DNA of 64,000 nucleotides from Clostridiales bacterium (GTDB taxonomy: Bacteria; Bacillota; Clostridia; Oscillospirales; CAG-272). The stretch covers positions 114,529 to 178,528 of the forward strand of contig DULN01000002.1 in assembly GCA_012840355.1 (NCBI GenBank), given 5' to 3'. The notes beneath the pieces are model-generated. The model had not been told where the DNA came from. It worked only from the letters and a program-made list of their open reading frames with translations, and searched no databases. Shown in pieces: positions 31,572 through 40,998 of this stretch (position 1 is the first letter of the stretch; every line of letters begins with the position of its first letter). A program made the position numbers and the translations under genes.

Positions 31572-33656
31572 ATGCCGAGAGATTATCCTCTTGAGCGGAC
31601 ACGCAATATTGGTATTATGGCGCATATTGACGCCGGGAAGACTACGACAACCGAGCGAATACTCTATTATACGGGCGTCAATTATAAGTTGGGCGAAGTC
31701 CATGAAGGTTCCGCTACGATGGACTGGATGGAACAGGAGCAGGAGCGCGGGATAACGATAACCTCCGCTGCGACGACCTGCTACTGGAAGGATCACCGTA
31801 TAAACATCATCGACACCCCCGGACACGTCGACTTTACGGTTGAGGTTGAGCGCTCACTTCGTGTGCTTGACGGTGCGGTTGCGGTTTTCTGCGCCAAAGG
31901 CGGCGTGGAGCCACAGTCCGAAACCGTCTGGCGTCAAGCAGACCGCTACGGCGTGCCGCGTATTGCCTATGTAAACAAAATGGACATTACCGGCGCTAAC
32001 TTCTATAGAGTTGTTGATATGATGAGGGAGCGCCTCAGATGTAACCCCCACCCCATCCAGCTTCCGATCGGTTCCGAGGAGAATTTCCGCGGTATTATAG
32101 ACCTGATCAACATGGAGGCCGACGTATATTACGACGACCTCGGAAAAGACATGAGAGTGGAACCAGTGCCCGCGGATATGGTCGAGCTGGCCGAAAAATA
32201 TCGGGGGCAGCTTATCGAAGCGGTAGCGGAAATCGACGAACGGCTATTTGAAAAATACTGCAACGGCGAGGAGATAACAAGAGAGGAGATCGTCGCGGCG
32301 ATTCGTGCGGCGACAATCGCAAATAAAATTGTGCCGGTCTGCTGCGGTACGTCGTACCGCAACAAGGGCGTGCAAAAACTGCTCGACGCAATAGTCGACT
32401 ATTTGCCCTCCCCGCTTGACATCCCGCCGGTTAAAGGTGTCGATCCCGACAGCGGCGAGGAAATCGAACGCCATGCCTCCGACGATGAGCCGTTCTCCGC
32501 GCTTGCGTTTAAGATTATGACCGACCCGTTTGTAGGCAAGCTTTGCTACTTCCGCGTGTACTCGGGTAAGGTTCCTGCAGGGAGCATAGTTTATAACTCG
32601 ACCAAACGTTCTCGTGAACGTCTGGGCCGGCTGCTGCAAATGCACGCTAACGAGCGCCGCGATATAGACTGCGTTGCGGCTGGCGAAATAGTGGCGGCAG
32701 TCGGACTTAAAAACACCACTACAGGCGACACGCTTTGCGACGAAAACCACCCGATTGTCCTTGAGTCGATGGAGTTCCCCGAGCCCGTTATCCGAGTAGC
32801 CATCGAGCCGAAGACCAAAGCCGGCCAGGAAAAGATGGCGATTGCGTTGCAAAAGCTGTCGGAGGAAGACCCGACGTTCCGCACCTATACCGACCCGGAA
32901 ACCGGGCAGACAATCATCGCGGGTATGGGCGAGCTGCATCTTGAGATTATAGTTGACCGCCTGCTTCGCGAGTTTAAAGTCGAAGCGAATGTTGGTAAGC
33001 CCCAGGTATCCTACAAAGAGACTATACGCAAGCCCGCCGAGGCCGACACCAAATACGTGCGCCAGAGCGGCGGCCGGGGCCAGTACGGTCACGTCAAGAT
33101 CAGAATCGAACCCAACGAACGCGGAAAGGGGTATATGTTCGTCGACAAGATTGTCGGTGGCGCGATCCCGAAGGAGTTTATACCCGCGGTCGACGCCGGT
33201 ATCAGGAGCGCTATGGAAGCGGGCGTGCTAGCAGGCTATAATGTTGTGGACGTCATAGTCACGCTCTACGACGGCAGCTACCACGAAGTCGACAGCTCGG
33301 AGCTCGCGTTTAAGATTGCGGGTTCGATGGCGTTCAAGGAAGCCATGCGCAAAGCGGATCCCGTGCTTACCGAGCCGATTATGAGAGTGGTCGTAATAAC
33401 CCCGGACGATTATACCGGCGACGTAATCGGCGATCTCAACGCTCGCCGCGGCGCTATCCAGAGCATGGAGCCCGTCGCAGGCGGACAGCAGATCACCGCA
33501 TTCGTACCGCTTTCCGAGATGTTTGGGTATGCAACAGATCTGCGTTCGCGCACTCAAGGCCGCGGTGTTTATACGATGGAACCCAGCCACTTCGCGGAGG
33601 TTCCGAAGAACATCCAGGACAAGATTATCACAGTGCGTAACGCCAACCAGGCATAA
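31572..33656 (+). CDS. fusA: elongation factor G
   Basis: [25 protein letters not shown]..., 694 aa. Confidence 0.97.
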   Translation: MPRDYPLERTRNIGIMAHIDAGKTTTTERILYYTGVNYKLGEVHEGSATMDWMEQEQERGITITSAATTCYWKDHRINIIDTPGHVDFTVEVERSLRVLDGAVAVFCAKGGVEPQSETVWRQADRYGVPRIAYVNKMDITGANFYRVVDMMRERLRCNPHPIQLPIGSEENFRGIIDLINMEADVYYDDLGKDMRVEPVPADMVELAEKYRGQLIEAVAEIDERLFEKYCNGEEITREEIVAAIRAATIANKIVPVCCGTSYRNKGVQKLLDAIVDYLPSPLDIPPVKGVDPDSGEEIERHASDDEPFSALAFKIMTDPFVGKLCYFRVYSGKVPAGSIVYNSTKRSRERLGRLLQMHANERRDIDCVAAGEIVAAVGLKNTTTGDTLCDENHPIVLESMEFPEPVIRVAIEPKTKAGQEKMAIALQKLSEEDPTFRTYTDPETGQTIIAGMGELHLEIIVDRLLREFKVEANVGKPQVSYKETIRKPAEADTKYVRQSGGRGQYGHVKIRIEPNERGKGYMFVDKIVGGAIPKEFIPAVDAGIRSAMEAGVLAGYNVVDVIVTLYDGSYHEVDSSELAFKIAGSMAFKEAMRKADPVLTEPIMRVVVITPDDYTGDVIGDLNARRGAIQSMEPVAGGQQITAFVPLSEMFGYATDLRSRTQGRGVYTMEPSHFAEVPKNIQDKIITVRNANQA

Positions 33657-33688
33657 AATAATATAAAATAAATACGGAGGAAATAAAA

Positions 33689-34894
33689 ATGGCAAAGGCA
33701 CATTTTGAAAGAACCAAGCCTCACGTAAACATTGGTACCATCGGCCACGTCGACCATGGTAAGACCACTCTGACGGCCGCTATCACAAAGTTTCTTTCGC
33801 TTGTTAACAATAACGTTCAGTTCTTAGCTTATGACCAGATCGACAACGCTCCCGAGGAAAAGACGCGTGGTATTACAATTAATACCCGTCACGTCGAGTA
33901 TGAAACTGCGAACCGCCACTATGCTCACGTCGACTGCCCTGGCCACGCCGACTACATTAAGAACATGATTACCGGTGCGGCTCAGATGGACGGCGCGATC
34001 CTCGTTGTCGCTGCGTCCGACGGTCCCCTGCAGCAGACCCGCGAGCACGTGCTGCTCGCCCGTCAGGTCGAAGTTCCCGCGATTGTCGTCTTCATGAACA
34101 AGGTTGACCTTGTCGACGACCCCGAGCTCCTCGACCTCGTTGAGATGGAAACCCGTGACCTGCTCAACCAGTACGACTTCCCGGGCGATGATGTCCCGGT
34201 TATCCGTGGCTGCGCCCGCGACGCTCTCGAGTCGACCAACACCGACCCGAACGCGCCCGAGTACAAGTGCATCCATGAGCTTATGGAGGCTGTTGACAGC
34301 TATATCCCGACGCCCGAGAGAAAGAGCGACCTGCCGTTCCTGATGCCGATCGAGGACGTCTTCTCGATCACCGGTCGCGGCACGGTTGTTACGGGTAGGG
34401 TTGAGCGCGGCACCGTTAAGGTTGGCGACACAGTTGAGATTGTCGGCCTTGCCGATGAGAGCAGGTCCACCGTCGTTACCGGTGTTGAGATGTTCCGCAA
34501 GCTGCTTGATCAGGCTGAAGCCGGCGACAACATCGGCGTGCTCCTCCGCGGTATCCAGAAGGACGAAGTCGAGCGCGGTCAGGTTCTCTGCAAGCCCGGC
34601 TCGATCCATCCGCACAAGAAGTTCAAGGGCAACGTCTACGTCCTCACCGAGAAGGAAGGCGGTCGTTCGAAGCCCTTCTTCGCGGGTTATCGTCCGCAGT
34701 TCTACTTCAGAACCACTGACGTTACCGGCGTTATCGGTCTGCCCGAAGGCGTTGAAATGTGCCGTCCCGGCGACAACGTCGAGATGACTGTCGAGCTCAT
34801 TTCCCCGATCGCTATCGAGAAGGGTCTGCGCTTCGCTATCCGTGAAGGCGGCAGGACGGTCGGTTCGGGCGTCGTTACTGAAATTCTTGACTAA
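33689..34894 (+). CDS. tuf: elongation factor Tu
   Basis: [32 protein letters not shown]..., 401 aa. Confidence 0.97.
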   Translation: MAKAHFERTKPHVNIGTIGHVDHGKTTLTAAITKFLSLVNNNVQFLAYDQIDNAPEEKTRGITINTRHVEYETANRHYAHVDCPGHADYIKNMITGAAQMDGAILVVAASDGPLQQTREHVLLARQVEVPAIVVFMNKVDLVDDPELLDLVEMETRDLLNQYDFPGDDVPVIRGCARDALESTNTDPNAPEYKCIHELMEAVDSYIPTPERKSDLPFLMPIEDVFSITGRGTVVTGRVERGTVKVGDTVEIVGLADESRSTVVTGVEMFRKLLDQAEAGDNIGVLLRGIQKDEVERGQVLCKPGSIHPHKKFKGNVYVLTEKEGGRSKPFFAGYRPQFYFRTTDVTGVIGLPEGVEMCRPGDNVEMTVELISPIAIEKGLRFAIREGGRTVGSGVVTEILD

Positions 34895-34938
34895 TTGCGC
34901 CTGAGGATTACCAATTTGCAAATGTCCCAGTAAAACTT

Positions 34939-34969
34939 GCCCGGAGAAGGCATCATGCCTTCTCCGGGC
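34939..34969 (+). terminator. 14-bp hairpin downstream of tuf (no downstream T-run)
   Basis: GCCCGGAGAAGGCA pairs with TGCCTTCTCCGGGC around a 3-nt loop. It is followed by CTAAAAAG, so it is an atypical terminator or a 3' stabiliser. Confidence 0.5.
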
Positions 34970-35011
34970 CTAAAAAGACATCATAATTACTACATTACAA
35001 CTAAATACATA

Positions 35012-35151
35012 ATTCACACTATATTTTCGGGGGTCGGTGAAATTCCGCACCGGCGGTGAAAGTCCGCGAACGCCCGATGCATTAAAAAGCGTCGGGTGCC
35101 GAGCAGGTGGAACTCCTGCACCGACAGTGAAAGTCTGGATGGAAGAAAATA
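35012..35151 (+). promoter_or_regulatory. FMN riboswitch (RFN element) aptamer
   Basis: UUCGGGGGUCGGUGAAAUUCCGCACCGGCGGUGAAAGUCCGCGA...CACCGACAGUGAAAGUCUGGAUGGAAGAAAAU matches the RFN consensus nearly position by position. P1 is UAUUUUC paired with GAAAAUA. Confidence 0.92.
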
Positions 35152-35161
35152 TACCGTGTGA

Positions 35162-35217
35162 GCGGCTTTGTAGCCGTTTTCCATGGATATTTTACCTCCG
35201 TAACAGGAGGATTTTTT
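35162..35217 (+). terminator. FMN riboswitch expression platform: weak terminator plus SD-sequestering hairpin
   Basis: CGGCT pairs with AGCCG, followed by TTTT (35163-35180). CCTCC (35195-35199) pairs with GGAGG (35206-35210), which is the ribU SD, followed by ATTTTTTA. Confidence 0.6.
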
Positions 35218-35221
35218 ATTT

Positions 35222-35806
35222 ATGACGAAAACCCGTCTTAGAGTGTATCGCATTGCCGCAATGGGCATTTTTGCGGCGCTTTCGATTGTGCTCGTTTACT
35301 TCATCCATTTTCCGATCTTCCCTGCGGTGCCGTTCCTCGAGTATGACCCCGCGGACGTTCCGATAATAATCTGCGCCTATCTTTTCGGCCCCCTGCACGG
35401 GCTTGTACTTACCGTGGTTGTCAGCGTTGTTCAAGGGCTCACTGTCAGCGCCCAGAGCGGCTGGATAGGCATACTTATGCACATACTCGCGACCGGCGCG
35501 CTTGTGCTCGCTGGCTCCGGCTTGCGCCTTTTGCTGCACACCCGCAAACAAAAAACCGGCGCTGGACTAAACGCCGGAGTTATTGACATTATTTCAGCTT
35601 TTTCGGGTACTGTGGCGATGACGGTCACCATGGCGCTTTGGAACATGCTGTTCACTCCCATTTTCATGGGCGTGACGCTCGACGTCGTGATGCCGCTGAT
35701 GCCGTTTATCGTGGCTTTCAATCTCATAAAAGCCGCGCTCAACTCGGCAGTTGCGCTGGTAATCTATAAGCTTTTGCCGAAGCGGTTGCTTGAGCGGCTG
35801 TCTTAA
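35222..35806 (+). CDS. ribU: riboflavin ECF-transporter substrate-binding (S) component RibU
   Basis: 194-aa polytopic membrane protein directly behind an FMN riboswitch. N-terminus RIAAMGIFAALSIVLVYF. Confidence 0.8.
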   Translation: MTKTRLRVYRIAAMGIFAALSIVLVYFIHFPIFPAVPFLEYDPADVPIIICAYLFGPLHGLVLTVVVSVVQGLTVSAQSGWIGILMHILATGALVLAGSGLRLLLHTRKQKTGAGLNAGVIDIISAFSGTVAMTVTMALWNMLFTPIFMGVTLDVVMPLMPFIVAFNLIKAALNSAVALVIYKLLPKRLLERLS

Positions 35807-36507
35807 CCGTCCGTCTCGCCGTCGGTCTCCGCGGTGAGGTCGATTTTATCAAGGTGAAGGAAGGCGTTTACGCATAGTGAGCTTCCCAACGGGTAATCCC
35901 TGCGGCTGCCGCAGGTTTTGCAGTAAATACGCGCGGTTGCGCCGACAATTTTGAAATCGTACTGGGGGAGCTGGTACTCGTTGCACCTGCAATGTATAAG
36001 GCCGTCGGCCTCCAGCTCCCTCAACATAAAACGCACGATATCCTCTACGGAGATATCGCCAGAGATATAATCGTCGTCATCGTCCCATATGTCGCGGCCC
36101 GAGCGGTTTAAAATGTGAAGTTTGTCATAATCGTCAAGCCCGCACTCGGAAAGCAAGTCGGAAAGCTCGCGGTTTGACTCCTCGATAGCTTTTTCTATAT
36201 CTTCTTCCGAGCCGATAAAGCAGATGCTAAAATCGGCATAGGCGCAGTCGAGAGTCAGCATCTCTCGGTCAAAGAAGATACCGTTGCCGATTATATAAGT
36301 GTGCGGGGTTGGGCAGAAAATGCAGGGGACCAAAAGGCGAATCTTTTTGTCGGGAGTATATTCAATCGTAAGCTCGCTGTAGCCACAGTCGCATTTGAGT
36401 TTGATGACGTCGCCAGTGAGCGTAAAAATACCGACAATGCCCTTAATGCATTTCCCGCAGTATGGGCATCGGTATGCTATTGTCGTGTCTTTTGATTTAA
36501 GAATCAT
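35803..36507 (-). CDS. Cys-rich (multiple CxxC/CxC) cytoplasmic protein of unknown function
   Basis: 234 aa. Cys clusters: CPYCGKC...CDC, CIFCP and CRC...CKTC. There is an acidic linker DDDDD. No family was recognised. Confidence 0.6.
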   Translation of the reverse strand: MILKSKDTTIAYRCPYCGKCIKGIVGIFTLTGDVIKLKCDCGYSELTIEYTPDKKIRLLVPCIFCPTPHTYIIGNGIFFDREMLTLDCAYADFSICFIGSEEDIEKAIEESNRELSDLLSECGLDDYDKLHILNRSGRDIWDDDDDYISGDISVEDIVRFMLRELEADGLIHCRCNEYQLPQYDFKIVGATARIYCKTCGSRRDYPLGSSLCVNAFLHLDKIDLTAETDGETDG

Positions 36508-36513
36508 AAAAAA

Positions 36514-37254
36514 CTAATCGCTCTCCGTTTCCGCCGCCGCAGTTTCAGTTTCGCTGGCGGCGGGTTTTTTCCATACGCGGCTTTGTATAAGGCCGTCAGT
36601 GGTAGTAGCCGAAAGCTCGCCTTTTTTAGGTTTGTATGGCACAAGGCCTTGCTCTTTCGTGTAGACGGTTATGGTGTTTATAGGCGCTGAGCTGCTTTCG
36701 TAGTTGACATATCCGGTGTAGTAGACCTCAAGCCTGAGGTAGCTGCATCCATCGAGCTGCACGCCGTCAAATACTAGCCGCCGGAAGTTATAAACGAAAA
36801 TCGAGTCGGTGATATATTCAAATTTTGTGTAAAGGTTGCCTTGGTCGTCGCGCAGCGCGAAAGTCAGATACTCGCCGGTCGGCTCCTTTTTAAGCGAAAA
36901 ATCGTCCATTATAAAACGGGCGAGGCTTTTGTTATAGCGGACAGTGAGCTGAAACTGGTCTATAGGCTCAATAAAGCGTATGTTGGTGACGGTTATTCTC
37001 CCATCCCTTGTGGTAATGCTGTCTTCGGCGAAGGCGTGAACCTTCATCGAGTCCGGCTGCGCGGAATAAGCCTGTACAAACGTCTCATTGCGGATTAGCT
37101 GGCGGGTTTTAGCAGTGTCCTTTAGCCCGTCGAGCGCGCAGGCGCGCAGCGTTAAGAGAAGGTAGACCGAAAAGGTAATAAGCGCCATCAGCCACTTAAA
37201 CAGCTTGCCAATACTAAAACCCTTTTTCGGCTCAGCATCGTCGTAATAACTCAT
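36514..37254 (-). CDS. N-terminally membrane-anchored protein of unknown function
   Basis: 246 aa from MSYYDDAEPKK, with a GAGGT SD 7 nt upstream. It has a single TM segment (LFKWLMALITFSVYLLLTL). The start was trimmed from the ORF-track 37344. Confidence 0.6.
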   Translation of the reverse strand: MSYYDDAEPKKGFSIGKLFKWLMALITFSVYLLLTLRACALDGLKDTAKTRQLIRNETFVQAYSAQPDSMKVHAFAEDSITTRDGRITVTNIRFIEPIDQFQLTVRYNKSLARFIMDDFSLKKEPTGEYLTFALRDDQGNLYTKFEYITDSIFVYNFRRLVFDGVQLDGCSYLRLEVYYTGYVNYESSSAPINTITVYTKEQGLVPYKPKKGELSATTTDGLIQSRVWKKPAASETETAAAETESD

Positions 37255-37499
37255 CTTTTGTACCTCGGAAGTGCGGCAAAAAGCCGCGCTTTTTGTTTTG
37301 GGGTTAGCCGTTTGCCGCATAAACTTACGGCAACATTGTAGCATATTTTATATCAATATTCAATACTGCGCAGTAAATCTCTTGCAATTATGCACCTTTG
37401 TGTGGTAAAATATTCTTTAACGCAGCGGCATATGCGGATGCGTTAAAACAAACGGAAGGGGACGTATTGAGCGTCGACTCTTTGACGGCTCCATATGTT

Positions 37500-38690
37500 A
37501 TGGCGGAATACAGATTTTCGAAGAAGATGGCTGAACTTAAGCCCTCGGCGATTCGCGAGATATTCAAAAGCCTTGGGCAGCCCGGCTCGATAGCGTTTTC
37601 GGCGGGCAACCCTGCGCCCGAGTCGTTCCCGGCAGAATTTATAAGCCGGGCGGCTGCGGATATATTGGCAAACCAGCCGGTACTCGCGCTGCAGTACAGC
37701 ATAACCGAAGGTTATATGCCTTTGCGCGAAGCAGTGGCGGCGCGGCTGCGCGAGCGGTTTGCGACCGGTAAAGACGGCGACATGGTGCTTATTGTGTCCG
37801 GTGGGCAGCAGGGCATAGAGCTTACCGCAAAAGTGATGTGCGACGAAGGCGACACGGTAATTGCCGAGGAACCGAGCTTCATCGGTGCGCTGAACGCGTT
37901 CCGTTCGCTGGGGCTTAATATCGCCGGTGTGCCGATGGAAGACGACGGCATGAATATCGAAGCGCTTGAGAGAGAGCTTAAATCAAATCCGCGCGCGAAA
38001 ATTATATATACAATCCCGACCTTCCACAATCCGTGCGGGATAACTACCACTCTGGGAAAGCGGCGCGCGGTTTATGAGCTTGCAAGACGCTACGGCGCCA
38101 TTATAATCGAGGACAACCCCTATGGCGAGCTGCGTTTCTCGGGCGACGAGGTGCCGACAATAAAAAGCCTTGATACCGAGGGTATTGTAGTATATTGCGG
38201 CTCGTTCTCGAAGATACTTTCGCCGGGCATGCGCGTGGGGTTTGTCTGCGCGCCTGAGCAAATCGCGCAGAAAATTGTCGTCGCAAAGCAGGTGGAAGAT
38301 GTGCATACGAACATCTTCTTCCAGCTAATAGCACATAAGTTTATGACTGAGTTTGACATTGACGGGCATATCGAGAATATAAGAAAGCTATACAAACATA
38401 AATGTGGGCTGATGCTCGACGCGATGGCGAGCGAGCTTCCCGGCGACTTTAAGTGGACAAAGCCCGAAGGAGGGCTGTTCGTCTGGTGCACGCTGCCCGA
38501 GAGGCTAGATGTCAATAAGTTCGTTAAAGACGCCGCAGCGGAGAAGGTTTTTGTCGTGCCGGGCGACGCGTTCCGCTGCGATTTGTCGAAAACGATAAAT
38601 GCCGTAAGGCTCAACTATTCGACCCCGTCCGAAGAGGAAATCGAGAGAGGTATAGAAATCCTCGGGCAAATTGCGAAAAATAAAAAATAA
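37500..38690 (+). CDS. PLP-dependent aminotransferase, class I/II
   Basis: MAEYRFSKKMAELKPSAIREIFK, NPCG, and the PLP-lysine context GSFSKILSPGMRVG. The start is uncertain; TTG 37467 follows GGAAGGGGA. Confidence 0.8.
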   Translation: MAEYRFSKKMAELKPSAIREIFKSLGQPGSIAFSAGNPAPESFPAEFISRAAADILANQPVLALQYSITEGYMPLREAVAARLRERFATGKDGDMVLIVSGGQQGIELTAKVMCDEGDTVIAEEPSFIGALNAFRSLGLNIAGVPMEDDGMNIEALERELKSNPRAKIIYTIPTFHNPCGITTTLGKRRAVYELARRYGAIIIEDNPYGELRFSGDEVPTIKSLDTEGIVVYCGSFSKILSPGMRVGFVCAPEQIAQKIVVAKQVEDVHTNIFFQLIAHKFMTEFDIDGHIENIRKLYKHKCGLMLDAMASELPGDFKWTKPEGGLFVWCTLPERLDVNKFVKDAAAEKVFVVPGDAFRCDLSKTINAVRLNYSTPSEEEIERGIEILGQIAKNKK

Positions 38691-38699
38691 GTAAAGTAA

Positions 38700-38740
38700 A
38701 AAAAGCCTGCCCCAGCACACGGAGGGCAGGCCCTTTTTTG
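38700..38740. terminator. bidirectional terminator
   Basis: GCCTGCCC (38705-38712) pairs with GGGCAGGC (38724-38731). An A-run and CCTTTTTT flank it. Confidence 0.85.
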
Positions 38741-38753
38741 CGCTAACAAAAAG

Positions 38754-39881
38754 CTATTCTTTTCTGCAGCGCTCGACGCACTCGTAGCCGTAGTTTATAT
38801 AGAGCAAGAGATTCTCTATGTACTTTTCATCGGGGAAAGGGTACTCCATATACCCAGCCGACGGGCAAAGGATAAAGCGGCCGCTCTTTCTCCCGGCTTC
38901 AACGCATTCTTCTATAAGCATCTTCAGCCGCTCGGGCGTGGATTGGAGTATCTCCTGTATCTCGATGTTGCCCTCAAGTCCGATGCGGTTTCCGAACTTC
39001 TCCACGATCTCGCTGAGAATTACGTCGCCGTTTTTTGGCGGCTCGAGCGGATTTAAGATATCCACTCCCATGTTTATAAAGTGCTCGATGAAGTTTGCGA
39101 CTTTGCCGTGGCAGTGCACCCATACGTATCCGCCGGCGTTGTGAATTTCATCGCAAAGCGGCTTGTCGTATGCGTAGACGAAGTCCATAAAATCCTGCGG
39201 CGAGAGCAGCGGCGGGATGAAAAGCTCGGGGCCGACCCACTCGAACGGGCCTTTTACGCCTGCCGACAGTATTTTGTCAAGATGGGCGCGCAGGCGGGCT
39301 GAAAAAACGCTAATCACCTCGTGGACTTTTTCGCGGCAGTCGACGGTAAAATACGCGAGCGTTTCGGAGCCTGTGAGCCGCTGCAGCGCATATGCGGCGT
39401 GGTCAAGCCCGCACAGCACTACGCCGCGGTCGCCCAGCTCCTCCTCTGCCTTAAAAAAGCCGTCTAGATTAAACTCAAAAGGTTCATACTCCAGCGACAT
39501 CAGCTTGTCGAGGTCCTCCGGCTCTTTGACCCAATACTCAATCGTATACGAAGGCTCGCCGACGGTGGAGATTCGCTCTACGCCGTGAAGGTCGCCTTTC
39601 GGGGTGTGGAAAATGACGTGATGGTCTTTCCATGTCGGCTGGTCGGTGTCCTTGTCGTAAATCTCAATCTGCTCGTGCCATTTGCTGCCGCAGTAAACAT
39701 GAAACGGCGCGTAATAGCCTCCAAAGAGGTCGGTTTTTTCGATGGCAAGGTCCCGGACAGGGCGGTATGCGGGGTGAAGCAGATAATCGCTCGTTGTCGC
39801 GCCCCAAAGTTTAAAGCCGGGACGGTCAATCTCTTTGTTTTGGAAGATGCGCATGATGCGCTCGCGCGAAGTCAGCTTCAT
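38754..39881 (-). CDS. uroporphyrinogen-decarboxylase (URO-D) family protein
   Basis: 375 aa from MKLTSRERIMRIFQNKEIDRP, a typical URO-D/MtaA-like N-terminus. A GGGGGA SD lies 8 nt upstream. Confidence 0.6.
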   Translation of the reverse strand: MKLTSRERIMRIFQNKEIDRPGFKLWGATTSDYLLHPAYRPVRDLAIEKTDLFGGYYAPFHVYCGSKWHEQIEIYDKDTDQPTWKDHHVIFHTPKGDLHGVERISTVGEPSYTIEYWVKEPEDLDKLMSLEYEPFEFNLDGFFKAEEELGDRGVVLCGLDHAAYALQRLTGSETLAYFTVDCREKVHEVISVFSARLRAHLDKILSAGVKGPFEWVGPELFIPPLLSPQDFMDFVYAYDKPLCDEIHNAGGYVWVHCHGKVANFIEHFINMGVDILNPLEPPKNGDVILSEIVEKFGNRIGLEGNIEIQEILQSTPERLKMLIEECVEAGRKSGRFILCPSAGYMEYPFPDEKYIENLLLYINYGYECVERCRKE

Positions 39882-39945
39882 AAAATGTATCCCCCGTCTT
39901 TTATGCATTGCCCGCGGCAGTGCGAGCAGGGTTTTTGATTCCGGT

Positions 39946-40983
39946 TTATACTTTTTTGGGTTTTACAGGTTTGCCAGTGTGTGCCGACTCGTAGATGGCA
40001 TTAACAATAGCGACCGATTTTATCGCCTCGCGCGGGGAAACCAGCGGCTCGCGGTTAAAGTATACAGCGTCAATCATATCTTGAACCATAAGCGCGTGCC
40101 CGCGCACTTTGGTGTCGCCGGGCGGGTTTCCGCCGCTACCGTAGAGGTCGAGCATTTCTTCTTCCTCAAGCTCGTCGCCGTCAACGAGCTTCCAGGTCTT
40201 CAGCTTGTCGCCGTCAATCTCTATCGAGCCGCCGGTGCCATATAGCTGTATATCGGTCGAAATGCCCGGATACGCACAGGTTGTGCTGACGAAAGTCGCG
40301 ACCGCGCCGCTTTTGAATTTTATAATCGATGCCGTAAGGTCCTCGGTTTCGATGTTGTGGTTGTGGATGCCCGCATAGGATGTGACAGTATCGACCTCAC
40401 CCATCAGCCACTGCATGATGTCAACCGTATGTATCGCTTGGTTCATAAGAGAGCCGCCGCCGTCAAGCTCCCAGGTACCGCGCCAGCCGCCGGCGTCGTA
40501 GTATTTTTGGTCGCGGTACCATTTAACCGCAAACGTGCCGAGGATGAGCCTTCCGAGCCTGCCCTCGTCTATCGCCTTGCGTACAGGCTCCATGCAGGCG
40601 TTAAACCTGTTCTGGAAAATTACGCCTACCTTAAGCCCGGTGCGCACCCTCGCTTCCTCGATTTTCATAGCCGCGTCTACCGTTATGTCGATGGGCTTTT
40701 CGACGAGCACATGCTTGCCTGCCTCAAGCGCTTCGACCGTCAGTTTTGCGTGAATCCCGCTCGGGACGCAGATGCTAACAATTTTTATCCGCTCGTCGCG
40801 GAGCAAGTCGCTAAAGTCTGCGTAAGCCTCGACGTCGGGATGCTCGGACTTGAATTTGCCGAGCCTCACCGGATCGATGTCGCATACCGCGACGAGCTTG
40901 CCGCGCTCGGACCTAAGCACGCCATCGGCATGCGCCCTGCCTATGCCGAGCCCTACGACTCCGTAACCGATTTTGTCTTCCAC
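39946..40983 (-). CDS. Gfo/Idh/MocA-family NAD(P)-dependent oxidoreductase
   Basis: The N-terminal Rossmann motif is IGYGVVGLGIGRAHA, followed by EKP...D. GTG start after AAGGAAGG. Confidence 0.85.
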   Translation of the reverse strand: MEDKIGYGVVGLGIGRAHADGVLRSERGKLVAVCDIDPVRLGKFKSEHPDVEAYADFSDLLRDERIKIVSICVPSGIHAKLTVEALEAGKHVLVEKPIDITVDAAMKIEEARVRTGLKVGVIFQNRFNACMEPVRKAIDEGRLGRLILGTFAVKWYRDQKYYDAGGWRGTWELDGGGSLMNQAIHTVDIMQWLMGEVDTVTSYAGIHNHNIETEDLTASIIKFKSGAVATFVSTTCAYPGISTDIQLYGTGGSIEIDGDKLKTWKLVDGDELEEEEMLDLYGSGGNPPGDTKVRGHALMVQDMIDAVYFNREPLVSPREAIKSVAIVNAIYESAHTGKPVKPKKV

Positions 40984-40998
40984 TTTAATCGCCTTCCT

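Noticed and set aside
33824-34921. 365-aa ORF antisense to the whole of tuf
   Set aside because: It lies exactly opposite a highly expressed, codon-biased gene. It has no SD and an implausible Arg/Gly/Val/Asp-rich composition. This is the typical stop-codon-poor shadow frame of GC3-rich genes.
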